Part shown: one piece after another, positions 61,850 through 64,000 of the stretch | Position numbering within the stretch: position 1 is the first letter of the stretch | Layout: each line of letters starts with the position of its first letter | DNA from: Felis catus | Taxonomy: Eukaryota | DNA length: 64,000 nt | Assembly (NCBI RefSeq): GCF_018350175.1 | Contig: NC_058368.1 | Span: forward strand, 101,558,001-101,622,000 | Reading direction: 5' to 3' | Notes under the pieces: generated by a model | Seen by the model: the letters and a program-made list of their open reading frames with translations, nothing else | Databases searched by the model: none | Told to the model about the DNA's origin: nothing | Position numbers and translations under genes: made by a program

Positions 61850-62098
61850 AAACCCGACTGATCTTCTGGGGCCCTGTGACTGTGCCTCTTGTTACGTGGC
61901 CTCCCACACCATGTTTATGTCTTCTTTTCTGTCTGTGACAACAACACTGTCACTGGATTTCGGGCCCACCTGTTTGATCAGCATGATTCCATCTTGAGAC
62001 CTTTAACTACATCTGCAAAGACTCTTAATTTCAGATAAGGTCACATCCACAAGGTTTAGGCGGATACATATTTTGGGGGCCACTATTCAACCCACTGC
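61850..62098. mobile_element. MLT1-type MaLR LTR fragment
   Basis: 'acatctgcaaagac...ataaggtcacat...tttgggggccactattcaacccac' resembles the recalled MLT1 terminus. Confidence 0.7.
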
Positions 62099-64000
62099 GC
62101 TTGGAAAACACATATTGGGGAACATTCTCATATACATATGTAATAAGATGATATATAGGAAAGTTGTACGCTGGATGTATGTGGAATTCTTGTGTGAGCG
62201 GTAACCCCGCCTCCTTCTTGGGCTCGGATCTCCAATATAACTGAATCGTTATAGTGGTGGTTGGAAGCCAGTGGACATTTCTAAGGCCACTTAAATACTT
62301 GTCTTTGTAGATTGCCAGGATCTTACATGTTGCTGTGCCTCACATACAAACTCGGAGGCCCCTGACATTGATCCTTGCCCCAACCCCATCTAAGCTTGCT
62401 AAGTTCTTTTTTGCGCTTATGTTGCCAGTCCTGTGTGTGAGCACAAAACGTGACACACTGCCTGGTCCTGTAGAACTTCTCATATTCTGAGGGTCCTGAT
62501 CTGATTTCATTGCCAAGTGCATATTTGCAAAAATATTTGCAAATTCTGCAGTTGTATCAAGGTTTTATTTTGCCACGGTTCCCCAAGCAAGGGGGTAATA
62601 ATGATAAAACATTGGGCGTTCCTTTTGTTGAATTCAGCATCTAGGAGGTTAGGCAGCCCACCTGGGTTCACCCAGCAAATAACTGACTAGAACTAAGTTT
62701 CGAATCCAGGTCTTTCGGAACCCCAGCATTTAGCCATTCTGCTGTAAGGCTCCATTGGAAAGCAGCCACTCAAACGGGCGTTGGGCTTCACCTCCACTGT
62801 GTGCAAGTTTAATTGGAAACCAACAGGAGGCAGTCTGTGAGATCAGTGGACTCCTCAAAATTGAGAATGAAAGAAATTATTTTACCCAAGGGATTAATTA
62901 CTTGATTAAGGAACTTTGCACAACCCTTTCATGAATGCAGTTCTTGCTTTCTGGTAACAAAGGCTGTCCTCAACTTAGATTTTTGACGCTGAGCACATTA
63001 CATCATTTCCGTAGACGGTAGGGCATTAGAAGCAACCTTGTTGAGTTAAACAGGCACGGGCGAGAGGGCAGGGGGGAACAATGAGTAAAATGAAGACCAG
63101 GTTAGGGTGTTTCCGTGAACAGCAAGAAAAGAGTTGAAATTGTACTGCGCAGCCTGAAGACACACAAAACATTTCATTTCCCTTTGCATGAAGCTGGTCT
63201 GACCTTCACAGTTCTGAAATAACAGGAAATATTATTTTTCTGGTAGCTGTACTGCATTGTAGGCAAGTAGTTAAGCAGGCTGCTCAGCGTGAATAAATAC
63301 AGTTAGGAATCGTTAGGGCAGGTTTCTATGAAGAGTGCCTGTTAAGCAGTAATATAAATGTAAGAGCTTACAGCAGAACGAAATTCATAATGTAAAGGTC
63401 AAACCTGCCTAAGAGAGACTTTTAGGTAAACTACGGGGTGAAAAGCCGATTCCCATTTTGTTTTAATAGTTAGCGGCGTATGGTGGATGAGGCGATGTGT
63501 TTCAGTCGAGTGGCTCTGGTAGCATTATCTCGTGCTTGATTCAGCAGAAATGTGCGTGACTTCTGCAGGGCTGTGAAAAATGGCTGAATTCCCTCTTCCC
63601 AAATCTGAGATTAATGACTAGAAATATTACCAACCAGGTAGGTTGTCAAAAAAAATAGCATAAGCCCTTTATAAATATATAAAGATCTATTTTCCCGTAG
63701 ATAAACGCGGGGGGATTTTAGGGGATCATTTAAGAGGACCAGTTTAGGTAATGTTGAAGTTAGCCATAGTTATTAGTTGAAAACAACTGGAGATAAGGAA
63801 CAGAGGTGCTTGTTTTACTGATTTGCCTTTTCATCTCCCGCCTGATTTTTGAGTTTGATGTGTCTCGCCTAGACTTGTTCCTAAGTAACAAGAAGAACTT
63901 TTAGGAGGAGGAGGAGATCTCTAACGTCTTATCTGGAAAGGTGGATGAGTCTTGAAAGGTGGTCATCCTTTGGGGAATTTTGTAGTTACTTATTTAATCC

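Noticed and set aside
1..64000. CRISPR arrays, operons or other prokaryotic-type systems
   Set aside because: Mammalian intron-exon DNA; recurring units are SINEs and microsatellites, with no repeat-spacer structure.

Overview
Mammalian genomic DNA, almost certainly felid (dense feline-type CanSINEs plus carnivore L1). The window holds the 3' part of the casein kinase I gamma-3 gene (CSNK1G3) on the + strand. Ten coding exons were reconstructed by hand; they have GT-AG boundaries and matching phases, and run from kinase subdomain IV/V to the C-terminal CCCFFKRRKRK tail (stop at 48193). A ~2.45 kb 3'UTR ends at tandem AATAAA near 50620-50632. The start codon and first exons lie upstream of the window. 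Three alternative-splicing modules are visible: a NAGNAG acceptor (+/- Glu), a 96-nt cassette exon, and a 24-nt microexon beside the palmitoylation motif. The rest is transposon debris: about 30 SINEs, L1/L2/MIR/LTR fragments and a near-full-length fossil hAT-Charlie (Cheshire/MER58-type) transposon downstream of the gene. I found no clearly new biological system. The best leads are the microexon regulatory module (RBFOX motif cluster, long AG-free zone, in-frame stop at the donor, downstream SINE poly(A) signals), a candidate 33-nt in-frame exon inside the kinase domain, an inverted young-SINE pair, and an intronic E-box/GC-box/CTCF cluster. Repeat boundaries are approximate and repeat family names come from recalled consensus sequences, not from a search.
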